DNA of 63,900 nucleotides, the filler included, from an uncultured bacterium (GTDB taxonomy: Bacteria > DYJV01): assembly GCA_964543655.1 (NCBI GenBank). It is 8 parts of 8 records of this genome, joined end to end, with 100 filler letters (N's around TTAATTAATTAA, not from the genome) between each part and the next. Parts side by side here need not be neighbours in the genome. Positions count along the whole stretch, not along the records: positions 1 to 20,473 come from CAZIZE010000066.1; 7 more parts are not named here. One strand, given 5' to 3'. The stretch's first letter is position 1. Each line of letters opens with the position of its first letter. This document shows positions 9,291-20,472 of the stretch, in pieces. The notes under the pieces are model-generated. The model had not been told where the DNA came from. It searched no databases and saw only the letters and a list, made by a program, of their open reading frames with translations. The position numbers and the translations under genes are program-made.

Positions 9291-10475
9291 TTACAAATTT
9301 GAATAATTTTCCAAAAGTTTTTTCTTAATTTCATTTCTCAATTTTTTTAAAGAGTTATTCTCAATAAATACCTGCATTTGGACTGAAAAAGAAGGAAATT
9401 TTTTTAAAAGTTTGATACTATTTTCATCAATTAATCTATTTTTTTCCTTTTTTGGGAAAGAACCACCATGTTTATGGTAAACAAATAGATTAGTTACATG
9501 AATATTTTTATAACCACTTTCAATAGCACGCTGGCACCAATCATTTTCTTCTCCATATCCCTTTCCAAAAGTTTCATCAAAAAAGCCTATTTTATCAACC
9601 ACATTTTTATTTATAGCCATGCAAAATCCTACACCTGTTGGCATTTCAATATAAGTTTTTTGAAAATTTACTAATTTAAAAATATTGTCAATTTGTTCCA
9701 CATTTAAATTTTCAGGTAGAGGATTGTCTTTTAAATACTCAGGAAAACTACAAAATAATCCTGAGTTTGTAAAAGGAGTTGCAGATGCAACTTTCTCCAT
9801 ATGAACAATAGGAAAAATTAATCTTTCAAGCCAATTAGATGGTACTTCAGTATCTGTATTTAAAATAACAAAATGATTGTTTGTTAAATTTACAAGTTTA
9901 TTAACAGTTTTAATAAAACCTAAATTTTTTCTGTTTTGAAAGATTTCTAAATTAATATTTTTATGAATTTTTTGAAAATTTTTTAAAAATGGTAAAATTT
10001 CTCTATTAGGACTATTATCATCTGCAATTAGCAGTCTATATGGGATATATGTGTTTTTTATTATACTGTGAAGTAATGTTTTTAAAAAATTTAATCCATT
10101 GTAAACTGGTATTAAAATGTCAATAGGGTTGGAAGTTTTTATTTCAGGGATACAAGGTTTTTCATGAAAAAAACTTCTCTCTTCTGTTTCAGGGGCTATA
10201 TTTTTTACACACTTTCTACCTTCTTTTTTGCCATGAAGAATAAAGTGGAGTAATGGGTTTATTCCACTATTTTTTACATCAGGGTAAGTAGAAAGATAAA
10301 ATTTCGTGTCAAACAGGTTTGAAGGATTCCTTCCCTCCTTCCAACCAAACAGTAAAAAATGAATTAGAGGCTCAATTCCAGCAATTTTTACATCAGGATA
10401 TTTTTCAATGTAGAATAGAAGGTCGAAATATCCTGAAAATTTAATTATTTTATAATCTTCAATATTGAAATCCAT
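9291..10475 (-). CDS. GT2 glycosyltransferase with two N-terminal FD..FY...YPDV..G..PL.HF...G..EGR repeats
   Basis: Repeats visible at about aa 14-89. GT2 motifs DILIPVYNG, NLGF, LNTDT, GYGEENDWC. Confidence 0.88.
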   Translation of the reverse strand: MDFNIEDYKIIKFSGYFDLLFYIEKYPDVKIAGIEPLIHFLLFGWKEGRNPSNLFDTKFYLSTYPDVKNSGINPLLHFILHGKKEGRKCVKNIAPETEERSFFHEKPCIPEIKTSNPIDILIPVYNGLNFLKTLLHSIIKNTYIPYRLLIADDNSPNREILPFLKNFQKIHKNINLEIFQNRKNLGFIKTVNKLVNLTNNHFVILNTDTEVPSNWLERLIFPIVHMEKVASATPFTNSGLFCSFPEYLKDNPLPENLNVEQIDNIFKLVNFQKTYIEMPTGVGFCMAINKNVVDKIGFFDETFGKGYGEENDWCQRAIESGYKNIHVTNLFVYHKHGGSFPKKEKNRLIDENSIKLLKKFPSFSVQMQVFIENNSLKKLRNEIKKKLLENYSNL

Positions 10476-10481
10476 TTGTTA

Positions 10482-11555
10482 TTAAAAATCAACTATTCCC
10501 TTTTTAAAAAGATAATTTTGATAATCAAAAATTTCCTGCATAATTCTTTCTAAAGAATATTTAAAATCCCAATTAGGATAATGTCTTTTAAACTTTGAAA
10601 CATCTGAGATATACCATATATGATCCCCTCTACGATTTTGCTCCTGATATTCATAATCAAGTTTTTTACCTGAAAGTTTCTCACATATTTCTATTGCTTC
10701 AAGTATTGAACAATTTGAAAATCTTCCTCCTCCAGCATTGTAAACCTCACCCTCTCTTGGTGCGTTATAAAAATGCCAGAACATATTTACAAGGTCAAAA
10801 GAATGAATATTATCCCTAACCTGCTTACCTTTGTATCCATAGATATAATACTTTCTACCACAAATACAACATCTCATTAAATATGATAAAAATCCGTGCA
10901 ATCTTGTACCTGAATGAGCTGGGCCTGTGAGACATCCACCTCTGAAACAAGCTGTTTTAAGGTGAAAATATTTGCCATATTCCTGCACAAGTATATCTGC
11001 TGCAACTTTGCTAGCGCCAAATAATGAATGAAGTGAGTGATCAATACTCATTGTTTCATCAATACCATTAAAATATTTATGCTCTTTTTCTATTTCATAC
11101 CTTTTTTCAAGCTCAACAAGAGGAAGTTTGTTTGGTGTATCACCATAAACTTTGTTGGTAGATGTAAAAATAAAAACAGCTTCTGGACAATATTTTCTAA
11201 AGTTTTCAAGTAAAACAAGAGTGCCATTGGCATTTACTGTGAAATCAGTAAAAGGCTCCTTTGCTGCCCAATCGTGAGAAGGTTGAGCTGCTGTGTGAAT
11301 AATAAGCTCAAACTTAAATTTTTTAAAAAGTTTTTCTATCTCATTTTCATCTCTAATATCTATGTCAAAGTGATAGTAATTTTTAAATTCTTTTGTTAAA
11401 AAATCTCTATTCCATTTAGTAGAAGCATCTTTGCCAAAAAAGTATTCCCTTAAATTATTGTCAATTCCTACAATATCAAACCCTTTTTCTATTAAAAATT
11501 TCACAGATTCTGAACCAATTAAACCAGCAGAACCTGTTACAAGAGCAACACTCAT
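10482..11555 (-). CDS. NAD-dependent NDP-sugar epimerase (CDP-paratose/tyvelose 2-epimerase, RfbE-like)
   Basis: [34 protein letters not shown]. Confidence 0.8.
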   Translation of the reverse strand: MSVALVTGSAGLIGSESVKFLIEKGFDIVGIDNNLREYFFGKDASTKWNRDFLTKEFKNYYHFDIDIRDENEIEKLFKKFKFELIIHTAAQPSHDWAAKEPFTDFTVNANGTLVLLENFRKYCPEAVFIFTSTNKVYGDTPNKLPLVELEKRYEIEKEHKYFNGIDETMSIDHSLHSLFGASKVAADILVQEYGKYFHLKTACFRGGCLTGPAHSGTRLHGFLSYLMRCCICGRKYYIYGYKGKQVRDNIHSFDLVNMFWHFYNAPREGEVYNAGGGRFSNCSILEAIEICEKLSGKKLDYEYQEQNRRGDHIWYISDVSKFKRHYPNWDFKYSLERIMQEIFDYQNYLFKKGIVDF

Positions 11556-11557
11556 TA

Positions 11558-14494
11558 TTATTTCTCCGTTTTTTTCTTTTTAAATTCTTTCCATCTTCTA
11601 CAAGCATCAGCAACTGCCTGTTCAAGTTCACTCTTTGTAAGATTCTCTCCTCTTATCACAGTAAATCTTGCTCCATCAAATTTATCCCACTCTTCTGTTA
11701 ATAGAAGTCCTTTTTTTTTGATTATTTCAAAATATTTTGTACCTGGAAAAGGAGTTGTAAGGGAAAATTGACAGGTATCAGGAGCAAGTTCCATTGCATA
11801 TTGAATTGTTTTTTCTATTGTTTCCTTTGTTTCTCCTGGTAGCCCGAAGGTAAAGGTTAGATGAAACTGAATTCCCAGCTCTTTACACCATTTAACAGTC
11901 TGTTCAACTTTTCTAAGATCAAGTCCTTTTCCACAAGCATCAATAAGCTGCTGTGATGCTGATTCTACTCCAAACTTTATTGAAATAAGTCCTGCATCTT
12001 TCATTGCTTTTAATGTTTCAAAATCTGAAGTGTCAGCTCTTGCCATTACTGCCCACGGAATTTTATTGAGCCCCCTTTTTTTAATCTCCTCACATATTTT
12101 TAAAATTCTAACTTTACCAATGTTAAAAGTATCATCATCAAAATAAAATGAGCGGTATCCATAGAAATTAACCATTTCTTCAATTTCATCAACAACTTTT
12201 ACAGGATCCCTTGTCCTATAGCTTCTGCTCTGGTACAATACTTGAGGCCATACACAGTAAATACAACCATATGGACAGCCTCTGCTTGCATGTATCTGTA
12301 GTGAAGGAAATTCCATTCCTGCAAAAAGATCCTCATAATTGTAAACAGGCAAAGTCAGCCGTTCTGGATAAGGTAAATTGTCTATATTAACAAGGTCTGT
12401 TCTTTCAGAGTTGCCAGAAATTTCTCCATCTTTGTTGAAATATAAAAATCCTTTCTGATTTATATTATCAAAGGTTTTATTTTTTTCAAAATATTTTACT
12501 ATATTTAAAAAAACTTCTTCAACTTCTCCTATTATTATTCCATCAACACATGGATAATCTAATAAAAAGCTTTCTTTAAAATGGCTAACATGAGTGCCTG
12601 AAAGAATTATTTTACAATCAGGAATTAAACTTTTTAATTTTCTCACATAATTGATATCATTGAAAATAGAAGCTGTTGCTGTTTCCATCAAAATTAAATC
12701 AGGGTTAAAACCTTTAATTCTTTGAAAAAATTCTTCATCAAGCAAACCCTCAGCTATAGCATCAACAAATATTGTATTAAATCCATGTTCTTTTAACAGA
12801 GATGTAGTATAACCAAGAAAAAAAGGATAAGGAATATAATTAGGTGGAATATCACAATTTTTTTCCCTAAGTTCAATTGTGAATGGCCACCGAGAACCAG
12901 CTCTTACTCCATATCTTGTACCAGTTCTCCATGGCGGATTTAAAATCATTATTTTAGGACTTTTATTTATAAATTTTTTTTCATAAAATTCTTCATATGC
13001 TATTCTTTCCCTGCTAACCCTGAGCATATTAAATATTATTGGCTCTAATGACAAAATATTTACAATTGTTTCAGAAATTTTAGATGCATATTCTAAATTT
13101 GCATCAGGATAAATATTTTTTAATTTCAAAATTAAGTTATTTTCATTAAGGTTTCTAACAATTGACTCTACTTTTTTTGAAATTCCGCAAAGATTAGTTA
13201 TGGATTCAATATCTTTTAAAATAAATTTTTTGAGCTTATAAGGTATAAATTCAACTTTGTTCATAAAAAACAGATAGATAGAGCATAATAGATAAATAGT
13301 GTCTACTTTTTCATTTTCATTAATTTTTACTTGAAGAATATCTTTTATAGGCCAGAGAAATACACTTAAAAATAGAGGATATAATAGATGAAATCTTTTT
13401 TTCTGTATAAACTCTTCAAAACATTTAACAATAATTGGAAAGGAGTGGTTAACAATTCTTTTTTTACTAACTTCAAGATTAAAAAAGTTTGGTTTAAATG
13501 CAGCAGAAACCCAATTATACCATGTGATTAATAATGTTTTTAATGTATCCTGTCTTTGATGGTTAGCTATTGCATTTGGTAAATATAAAAGTTTATAACC
13601 CGAATTTTTAATTTTATTTGATATGTCACAATCCTCAAAGTTTGTTTTATAGATTGGGTTAAAACCCCCTATTTCCTTTAATACTGAAAGCCTAAATACT
13701 GATGTGCTTCCAAATAAAAATTGTGGCTCTACTTTTTCATCCCCATAGTGTTGGCGCATTAAAACTTCACGACACCGGTCAACTGTATAGATAGAATGTT
13801 GTTCAAGTAATTTCCCTCCAATTCCTCCAATTTTTTCTGAATTGTCCTTTAAAAATTCCATCATAATTATTTCTAAAAATGTTTCATCTGGAATTGCATC
13901 TGTATTAACAGTTGCAAGAAAATCACCCTTAGCATTTTCAATTGCTGTGTTTCTAACTGCTGCCAGCCCTTTATTTTCTTTATGATGAATTATTTTTATT
14001 AAATCAGGATATTTTTTTCTAAATTGCTCAGCTATTGCTATAGAGTTATCAGGTGTAGCATCATTAATAATGAGAATTTCATATATAGGATAAGTTTGCC
14101 TTAAAATATTTTCAATACATGATTTTATATATTTTTCAACATTGTATACAGGTATGTAAAATGTAACTTTTTCAGGAATATACTTATCTTCAAGATCGGA
14201 TAATTTTTTTTGTAAATCCTCAAATTGTGAAATATCACTATATTTTAAAACTTTTATTGCTGAAAAAGGTAAGTTGTTTTTTAAATATAAATCTATTAAA
14301 TCATTAATTGCTTTTTTGTAATTTTTTTTTATCTTTATAGCTTTTTGAATGTACTTTTTTCCATATTGCAATCCATATTCATTGGATAAATATAATCCAT
14401 AATAGTGTAATAATTCAGGAGCAAGAGGATTTTTTCTTAAAAATGATTCTATATTAGATGGTTTTACATTATTATTAAAAAAGTTTTTTTTCAT
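11558..14494 (-). CDS. TPR-like + GT2 + cobalamin-binding radical SAM fusion protein
   Basis: GT2 region ([22 protein letters not shown]), B12-binding region (LNPPW...SGTHVS...GEVE), radical [31 protein letters not shown]. Confidence 0.85.
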   Translation of the reverse strand: MKKNFFNNNVKPSNIESFLRKNPLAPELLHYYGLYLSNEYGLQYGKKYIQKAIKIKKNYKKAINDLIDLYLKNNLPFSAIKVLKYSDISQFEDLQKKLSDLEDKYIPEKVTFYIPVYNVEKYIKSCIENILRQTYPIYEILIINDATPDNSIAIAEQFRKKYPDLIKIIHHKENKGLAAVRNTAIENAKGDFLATVNTDAIPDETFLEIIMMEFLKDNSEKIGGIGGKLLEQHSIYTVDRCREVLMRQHYGDEKVEPQFLFGSTSVFRLSVLKEIGGFNPIYKTNFEDCDISNKIKNSGYKLLYLPNAIANHQRQDTLKTLLITWYNWVSAAFKPNFFNLEVSKKRIVNHSFPIIVKCFEEFIQKKRFHLLYPLFLSVFLWPIKDILQVKINENEKVDTIYLLCSIYLFFMNKVEFIPYKLKKFILKDIESITNLCGISKKVESIVRNLNENNLILKLKNIYPDANLEYASKISETIVNILSLEPIIFNMLRVSRERIAYEEFYEKKFINKSPKIMILNPPWRTGTRYGVRAGSRWPFTIELREKNCDIPPNYIPYPFFLGYTTSLLKEHGFNTIFVDAIAEGLLDEEFFQRIKGFNPDLILMETATASIFNDINYVRKLKSLIPDCKIILSGTHVSHFKESFLLDYPCVDGIIIGEVEEVFLNIVKYFEKNKTFDNINQKGFLYFNKDGEISGNSERTDLVNIDNLPYPERLTLPVYNYEDLFAGMEFPSLQIHASRGCPYGCIYCVWPQVLYQSRSYRTRDPVKVVDEIEEMVNFYGYRSFYFDDDTFNIGKVRILKICEEIKKRGLNKIPWAVMARADTSDFETLKAMKDAGLISIKFGVESASQQLIDACGKGLDLRKVEQTVKWCKELGIQFHLTFTFGLPGETKETIEKTIQYAMELAPDTCQFSLTTPFPGTKYFEIIKKKGLLLTEEWDKFDGARFTVIRGENLTKSELEQAVADACRRWKEFKKKKTEK

Positions 14495-14543
14495 TAAAGC
14501 TATATACCTATTACTATTTTATTTTTTTATAAACAAATTAAAA

Positions 14544-15707
14544 TCAACAATTTTTTAACCACTCTTCGTAATATCTTGATACTTTAAAATTACCCTGTTT
14601 TACTAAATAGTCAAAAATATATTTTATTCTATTCTTTATTAAAATTTTTTGTTCCTCAAAATTTTTAATAATTTCATCTATACTATTTAAGCGATTTATA
14701 TCATTTTGAAAACCTATAATTTTTTTTAAAATTTTAAAATTATCAATAATCGGCTCAAACATTATTAATCTATTGGCGATAATTTCAGCATTTTTATAAT
14801 CCTTTTTTTCTAATAACTGGCTTATTAACTTTTTATAACCATCAAAATATAATGGTTCAATTAGTATAGAATTTAACAACTCTACACCTTCAATGTGTTG
14901 AAAATTTTTTTTAATTAAATAGAATTCCCCTAAGCAATTTAATTTAAAATCATAACCTTCATCTAATAAGAAAAAATCTGGTGATGCTTTTATTATCCAT
15001 CTTTTTGACAATAATTCAGAATTTTTTTTATCATTTTCAGTTTTAAATTTTTTTCTTGTTTTCTCTTCAAGATGAATTAAAAATATATTAGGATTATAAA
15101 TTATTTTATAGCCAAGCTCTCTAATTTTAAAGCAGAGATCAATGTCTTCAAATCCATTGATAAAATTTTCATCAAACATATTCACTTTGAAAAATAGCTC
15201 TTTTCTAATTGCCAAACATGCACCAGTTACTGCTTGAAGCTCTCTGATTTTATTTGCATCAGGATAATTTGAAGGGAAATTTTTGAAAAGATGTCCCAAA
15301 TGTTTATCTGGATAAATTAATACTCCAGCATGTTGAATGGTATTATCATTGTATAATAGCTTTGCACCTAAAATAGCAGCATCTTTATATTTTGTAAATG
15401 ATTCTATAATTATTTTTATAAAATTATTCTTTATAAGGGTATCATTATTTAGAAATAGTAGATAATCTCCTTCGGCTACTTCTGCTCCTCTGTTACAAGT
15501 ATATGCGAATCCTCTATTATACTTATTTCTGATATATCTTACCTCATCTTGCAACTTAAAAAATTCACTTGTATCATCTGTTGAACAATCATCTACAACA
15601 ATAATTTCATAATTATTATCCATGCAATGTTTTTTTATTGAGTTTATGCACATTAATGTTAATTCAAAGTTGTTATAAACAGGAATAATTATAGAAACTT
15701 TACTCAT
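14544..15707 (-). CDS. GT2 glycosyltransferase with helical C-terminal extension
   Basis: SIIIPVYN, NRGFA..CN, FLNNDT, QHAG, VTGAC, EDIDLC. Confidence 0.9.
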   Translation of the reverse strand: MSKVSIIIPVYNNFELTLMCINSIKKHCMDNNYEIIVVDDCSTDDTSEFFKLQDEVRYIRNKYNRGFAYTCNRGAEVAEGDYLLFLNNDTLIKNNFIKIIIESFTKYKDAAILGAKLLYNDNTIQHAGVLIYPDKHLGHLFKNFPSNYPDANKIRELQAVTGACLAIRKELFFKVNMFDENFINGFEDIDLCFKIRELGYKIIYNPNIFLIHLEEKTRKKFKTENDKKNSELLSKRWIIKASPDFFLLDEGYDFKLNCLGEFYLIKKNFQHIEGVELLNSILIEPLYFDGYKKLISQLLEKKDYKNAEIIANRLIMFEPIIDNFKILKKIIGFQNDINRLNSIDEIIKNFEEQKILIKNRIKYIFDYLVKQGNFKVSRYYEEWLKNC

Positions 15708-15714
15708 CTCTTTG

Positions 15715-16308
15715 CTATTCTGTTTTTTTTATAATTTCATCTAATTTATTTTCTTTTATATATTTATACACAGCATTTGGAACTAAATGTGACCATTTTT
15801 GATTATTCTTTATTCTTTCTCTAACCTCAGTACCTGTTGTAAATCTGGAGTTTAAATCTCTTTCCCATAATATTTCTACATTGAAACCAATTTTTTTAAA
15901 TAATTCTATTTTTTTTCTTCCCCAGCTATCATAAATTGTAGCAAAAATTACAGCATTTAATGGTATATAATATTTTATAAATTCAATTTTATGAATTGGA
16001 AATGGAACAATATCAAACTCATTTGCATTAATTCCTGTATCAATTAGGGAAGATTTTATCATTTTAAGTCTATCATAATATGTAAAAGGGAAAACAGGAT
16101 TATCTATTCTTCTAAAAGGTTTTAATAAATAATTTTTATCAAAAGTTTTTAATGTTTCATTATAATTAAAATATGCTCTTTCTGTATCACAATCTGTAAT
16201 ACCAATAATTAAAAAGTCACACTTTTCTTTCGCTTTTAAAAGATATTCCATGTGGCCCCAATGTATAATATGAAATCTTCCTTGAGCTATGGCTATTTTG
16301 TTTCTCAT
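15715..16308 (-). CDS. HxGH nucleotidyltransferase (cytidylyltransferase/NMN adenylyltransferase-like)
   Basis: GRFHIIHWGH, PFTYYDR, TGTEVR, LVPNAV. Confidence 0.8.
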   Translation of the reverse strand: MRNKIAIAQGRFHIIHWGHMEYLLKAKEKCDFLIIGITDCDTERAYFNYNETLKTFDKNYLLKPFRRIDNPVFPFTYYDRLKMIKSSLIDTGINANEFDIVPFPIHKIEFIKYYIPLNAVIFATIYDSWGRKKIELFKKIGFNVEILWERDLNSRFTTGTEVRERIKNNQKWSHLVPNAVYKYIKENKLDEIIKKTE

Positions 16309-16330
16309 TTTTCTCCTATAAAAATTGTTA

Positions 16331-16622
16331 ATTAATTACTTTCTTCCATACACTGTTGCAAATTTACATTTCTTATTGATAAACCTGAATTTTTTTTTTA
16401 CAAATTATTAAGAAAGCAATTTTTCAAAATCATGTTTTTTTCAGTATTATCTTTTAAATTAATAGAAATCAAGATATTATTTTATGTAACTGCAAACCTG
16501 TTATTAAAGTATTTTTGCAATTCTCACAATAACAATAATTAGATTTTATACAAAAAAACTTAAATTACGATTTCTCAGGCTAAAGCCTTTAACATTGCAT
16601 TTTTTTAGCAAATATAAACCAT
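16331..16622 (-). pseudogene. Possible degraded small Cys-rich (zinc-ribbon-like) gene
   Basis: Joining frames gives MVYIC/KKCNVKGFSLRN...YCYCENCKNTLITG, interrupted by frameshifts and stops. Confidence 0.3.
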
Positions 16623-16674
16623 TTAAAAAACTACTTTATTATTTTTAAGAAAAAACTTCTTTTTAACTGATTCC

Positions 16675-16690
16675 TGCAAAATTAGTGCCG
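16675..16690 (-). promoter_or_regulatory. sigma54 (-24/-12) promoter
   Basis: Minus strand CGGCACTAATTTTGCA, a close consensus match, intergenic and upstream of the 16308->9291 block. Confidence 0.72.
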
Positions 16691-16728
16691 TGAGGATAAA
16701 TTTATTGTAGATAATTTTGTAAAGAGGG

Positions 16729-17805
16729 TTAAGAGAGGATGTTTTTTATAATATTGTCTATATTAACTTCCATTTTACCAAAAACTTCTCTGGATCTATC
16801 TTCAAATCTCTTACCTAAATATTTTTCTGTTAATTTTATCAGTTCTTCTTTGCAGTTTGCCCAATACATCAATCCATTGTCTATTTGAAATTTATCATAG
16901 TGACAAATAAAGCTTCTTGTGGAAATTGTAGGAGTACCAAAAAAACAGCTTTCAGTATTCATTGTTCCACCACCACCAATGAACAGATCTGCGTAAGCAA
17001 GTAGGTGTTGAATGATTATTTTTTCCTCCAGTACAGCTGCAAATGGAAATTCTTTTTTCAAATATTCACTTTCATATCTTGGCACAATTACTATATTTGT
17101 ATTAAATTTTTTAAAAATTTCTGGCAATGCTTCATATAAAAAATGATATTTTTTTTGAACATAACTTGCTTTATACTCTTCTTCTCTTACAACAATTAAT
17201 GGCTTCGTAAAATCTACTTTATATTTTGATAAAACTTTCTTTATATAATCAAAATCTGGTTTAAAGTCTTTCAACCATATTAATGGATCAATAAATTTAT
17301 ACTCAAAAATTTGATCTTTTTCTAATGAAAATCTCAAAAAAATTTCATCTGGAACCACAAAAGGTTTAAATACCTTAGATGATAATGGAAGTGTCAGCCG
17401 AGCCTGAGGCAAAGCTTTTTTAAAATTTGTTCTGTGATCTGATAAAGGGATGTCATAAAAATTAATTATTGGAATGCCAAGTCCAAAAGCAACTCTATTA
17501 GCATCAACACTACAAAGACAAACAAGACATTTTACGTTATACAATGAAATAAATTCCATTAAAGCTTTCTGTCTTTCAAGTGAAGCTCTTAATTTGTCGT
17601 ATAGTTTTGTACCCCCAAACTCTCCTCTATTGATGAAGTCTATTTTATAAAGCTGTAATAACTGAATAACTTCTTTATAATCAACACCCTCTCTTGCAGT
17701 AATAATTAGTTTTATCCCTTGTTCTTTTAATTTTTTAATAATAGGTTTAAAAAAAAGAACAGATTTTGGAGTAATTAAATCAAACCATATCATTTTATCT
17801 CTCAA
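16729..17805 (-). CDS. DUF354-family GT-B-like protein
   Basis: IWFDLITPK..LFF, VVREE..KASY, DLFIGGGGTMNTES..GTPTIS. Confidence 0.8.
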   Translation of the reverse strand: MRDKMIWFDLITPKSVLFFKPIIKKLKEQGIKLIITAREGVDYKEVIQLLQLYKIDFINRGEFGGTKLYDKLRASLERQKALMEFISLYNVKCLVCLCSVDANRVAFGLGIPIINFYDIPLSDHRTNFKKALPQARLTLPLSSKVFKPFVVPDEIFLRFSLEKDQIFEYKFIDPLIWLKDFKPDFDYIKKVLSKYKVDFTKPLIVVREEEYKASYVQKKYHFLYEALPEIFKKFNTNIVIVPRYESEYLKKEFPFAAVLEEKIIIQHLLAYADLFIGGGGTMNTESCFFGTPTISTRSFICHYDKFQIDNGLMYWANCKEELIKLTEKYLGKRFEDRSREVFGKMEVNIDNIIKNILS

Positions 17806-19411
17806 GAGTTACAACACAGCCTTCTGGCCTTAATTTTAAATATTCTTTTACAACTTCTCCACTCCAATTTGGAAAAGTATTTAAATATACGTCAATAACA
17901 AAAGCATAAATTTTAGGATCGACCCAACCTTCAAAATAAAACCTATTAGCTATTCCTAATTTTTCTATTTTTTCTTTAATCCCATTTGTTTCACCTGGTC
18001 CACAAGCTAAATAAACAGTATCTGGATTTTGCTTTAAAATTTCCGCAACAGTTTTCAGGTAATCCCAATTATCCACTTTAACCATTCTGCCAATTGCCCC
18101 AAGAATAATTGTCCCTTCTGGAAATCTTTTTCTGATTCCTTCAGCCTCTTTTTTCCATCTTTCTTTTTCACCTTCAAAAAAGATAGAATCCAATTCTATA
18201 TCAAATAATTCAAAATCTTTTTCACACTCTTTTGGAGGAGGAAAGTGAATAATTTTTTTATCTATTCCTTTAAAATCTACTACAGTATTCATATGAGCCC
18301 AGTAAATCTGTTTTGGGGCAACTCTTGAAATAAATAAAAATTCTCCTACTGAATAAAAGTGATCAGAGTAAATTACAATATCAATATTATCTCGTATTAA
18401 TTTTTCTCTAAATTCTAATACTTTTTTTGCATAATCACAATAGTGAACAAATCTTTTATAGTGGCTAACAGGAGAACGTACTTTAATATTTAGTTGTTTT
18501 AAAAAATTAATACATATCTTTTCTGTTTTTTCTCCTCCTAAATCTTCCATATTCATTGTATAAAAATAAACTTCGTGTTTTTCTGAAAAAGTTTTATCTT
18601 CAAGAAGTTTTTTTATAAAAGAATATTCTAATTTAAATGGACTCCAAAAAGTTATTACTGGCCTAATAAATGCTAATTTAATTTTTCCTTGTTTTGTAAT
18701 CTCTTTTTTACATGGAGGTAATTTATTACGTTCTATCCATTCTAAATAATAATTCTGGCATGGTTTACAAATTTCTCTTTCCAGTTTAATAAAATCATTA
18801 TACATATCCTCAACACTATGTATAAACATGGAATAAACCATCATCTCTGTAAATAGAACATCAGACAACCGGTCTTTTTTTATCAAATATTTTAAAATTA
18901 TTTTTAATTCTTCAAAAACTAAATCTATTTTTTGTTTTTCTGGAATTTTTAAAATATTGAAAATTTGCCATATCCAGTTTAAACAATTTCTAAAATCGTA
19001 AAAAGATAATCGCTCAATTTCCTTTAAATTTAGAATGTTATTAAAAAAAGATTTCAAAAATGTTGAATTGAATCCATTAAAAAAATTTTTAAAAAATTCA
19101 ATATAGTTCAATTCAATTAAATAAGTTACATCCATTATAGGAAAAATTCTTCTAAAATACTGAACTAAACCATTTAATACATTTCCATTTAATATATCAA
19201 TCATAAAAATCTTATCATTTTCAAACAAATACTCCTTTGAATTTTTATTAATTGTTGATATTCTTTTCTCTAAAAATTTTTTTAAATTTTCAAGTTCTTC
19301 AATTTTCTCAAAATGATTTGGAAATTTTAAAACCTCATAAGCTAATTTTAGATATTCTCTGTCTATTATTCGGTCACTTAATAATTGCTCTAAAAGAATA
19401 TCTATTTTCAT
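17795..19411 (-). CDS. Putative glycosyltransferase with GT41/O-GlcNAc-transferase-like C-terminal domain
   Basis: RVAPKQIYWAH, GAIGRMVKV, RFYFEGWVD, DVYLNTFP motifs. Confidence 0.6.
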   Translation of the reverse strand: MKIDILLEQLLSDRIIDREYLKLAYEVLKFPNHFEKIEELENLKKFLEKRISTINKNSKEYLFENDKIFMIDILNGNVLNGLVQYFRRIFPIMDVTYLIELNYIEFFKNFFNGFNSTFLKSFFNNILNLKEIERLSFYDFRNCLNWIWQIFNILKIPEKQKIDLVFEELKIILKYLIKKDRLSDVLFTEMMVYSMFIHSVEDMYNDFIKLEREICKPCQNYYLEWIERNKLPPCKKEITKQGKIKLAFIRPVITFWSPFKLEYSFIKKLLEDKTFSEKHEVYFYTMNMEDLGGEKTEKICINFLKQLNIKVRSPVSHYKRFVHYCDYAKKVLEFREKLIRDNIDIVIYSDHFYSVGEFLFISRVAPKQIYWAHMNTVVDFKGIDKKIIHFPPPKECEKDFELFDIELDSIFFEGEKERWKKEAEGIRKRFPEGTIILGAIGRMVKVDNWDYLKTVAEILKQNPDTVYLACGPGETNGIKEKIEKLGIANRFYFEGWVDPKIYAFVIDVYLNTFPNWSGEVVKEYLKLRPEGCVVTLER

Positions 19412-20472
19412 TAAATTATACCTTTTAGTTTATATTCTTCATACCACCAAGGTTTTATTGGAATAACATCATTTTTTGAAAAAATAAAGCCATATTTCCC
19501 ACCAGAATATTTTAATAAACCAACAGCTTTTACATTGGGCTCTATTATTTCGCATTTATTTGCACAGGTATAGAGACAATCCTTATGGCATTCTTTGTTT
19601 TTTATTTTCTCAAGTATTTTTACGCCACTTTCAAGAACTTTATCTAAAGAGCCTGATTCTCTTATATTGCCCATTTTTAAGTATGGAAGCCATAAAAGGC
19701 ATGGATAAACATTGCCATATGGGTCAATATCAATGTTTCTAAACCCCATATAACAATTGAAGTCTATTTTTTTATTTTCAAAAACAGCTTTTTGTAAAAT
19801 ATATTTACTTGCATATCTTGATTTATGATAGCCAATAGCCTTTAATTGTCTATCTATTTCATTAAGCTCATCTTTTGAAAAAATAAAGTCTTCTTTTTTT
19901 AAAGGTTTATTAGTTAGATTATCAACTTCATTTTTAAATCTCTCTGGATTAAATCTTCCATATCCTATGTAAAGCCCCACTCCAAGTTTTTTAGCAAAAT
20001 TATATACCCATTCAATTAAATGCAAATTTTCTTTGTAAATTGTAAATTGTAACCTTATTACCATTCCTTTAAGCTCTTTTAATTTTTCAACTGTTTTAAG
20101 AGCTTTTTCATAACCATTTTTATGCAGCCTAATTTTGGGGTAAGTTTCCTCATCACCATCAAAAGAAATATCAAGCCTATAAATAGGGCATTTTTTTAAA
20201 ACATATTTTGCTATATCAACATGCCTATCAGGATACCATCCTGTAATTGGAGTATCAATTACAATATCTTTGTGAAATTTATACAAAGAATCAACTGCTT
20301 TAATATAAGTATCAGATAGATGAGGTTCTCCTCCTGTAATATGAACCTTTTTCAAATCAAGATATTTTGAAGAAAATATTGAATCAAGCTCTTTTTCTAT
20401 TAATTCTTCACTTTTTTTATCAGGTAATTTCCATATTGAACAATACCTACAAGGTCCTGGACAATACTCTGT
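19411..20472 (-). CDS. Radical SAM/SPASM (twitch) protein, 5' truncated by contig end
   Basis: Frame extends upstream of the ORF call to TEYCPGPCRYCSIW (CxxxCxxC). Also TGGEP, SFDG and C..G..IDPYGNVYPC...GNI..CHKDCLYTC. Confidence 0.88.
   Translation of the reverse strand, partial: TEYCPGPCRYCSIWKLPDKKSEELIEKELDSIFSSKYLDLKKVHITGGEPHLSDTYIKAVDSLYKFHKDIVIDTPITGWYPDRHVDIAKYVLKKCPIYRLDISFDGDEETYPKIRLHKNGYEKALKTVEKLKELKGMVIRLQFTIYKENLHLIEWVYNFAKKLGVGLYIGYGRFNPERFKNEVDNLTNKPLKKEDFIFSKDELNEIDRQLKAIGYHKSRYASKYILQKAVFENKKIDFNCYMGFRNIDIDPYGNVYPCLLWLPYLKMGNIRESGSLDKVLESGVKILEKIKNKECHKDCLYTCANKCEIIEPNVKAVGLLKYSGGKYGFIFSKNDVIPIKPWWYEEYKLKGII

Noticed and set aside
426-19411. Slipped-strand phase variation in the glycosyltransferases
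   Set aside because: Only A/T runs of about 8-9 nt were seen, as expected at this base composition. No long G/C tracts or frameshifted GT genes were seen.
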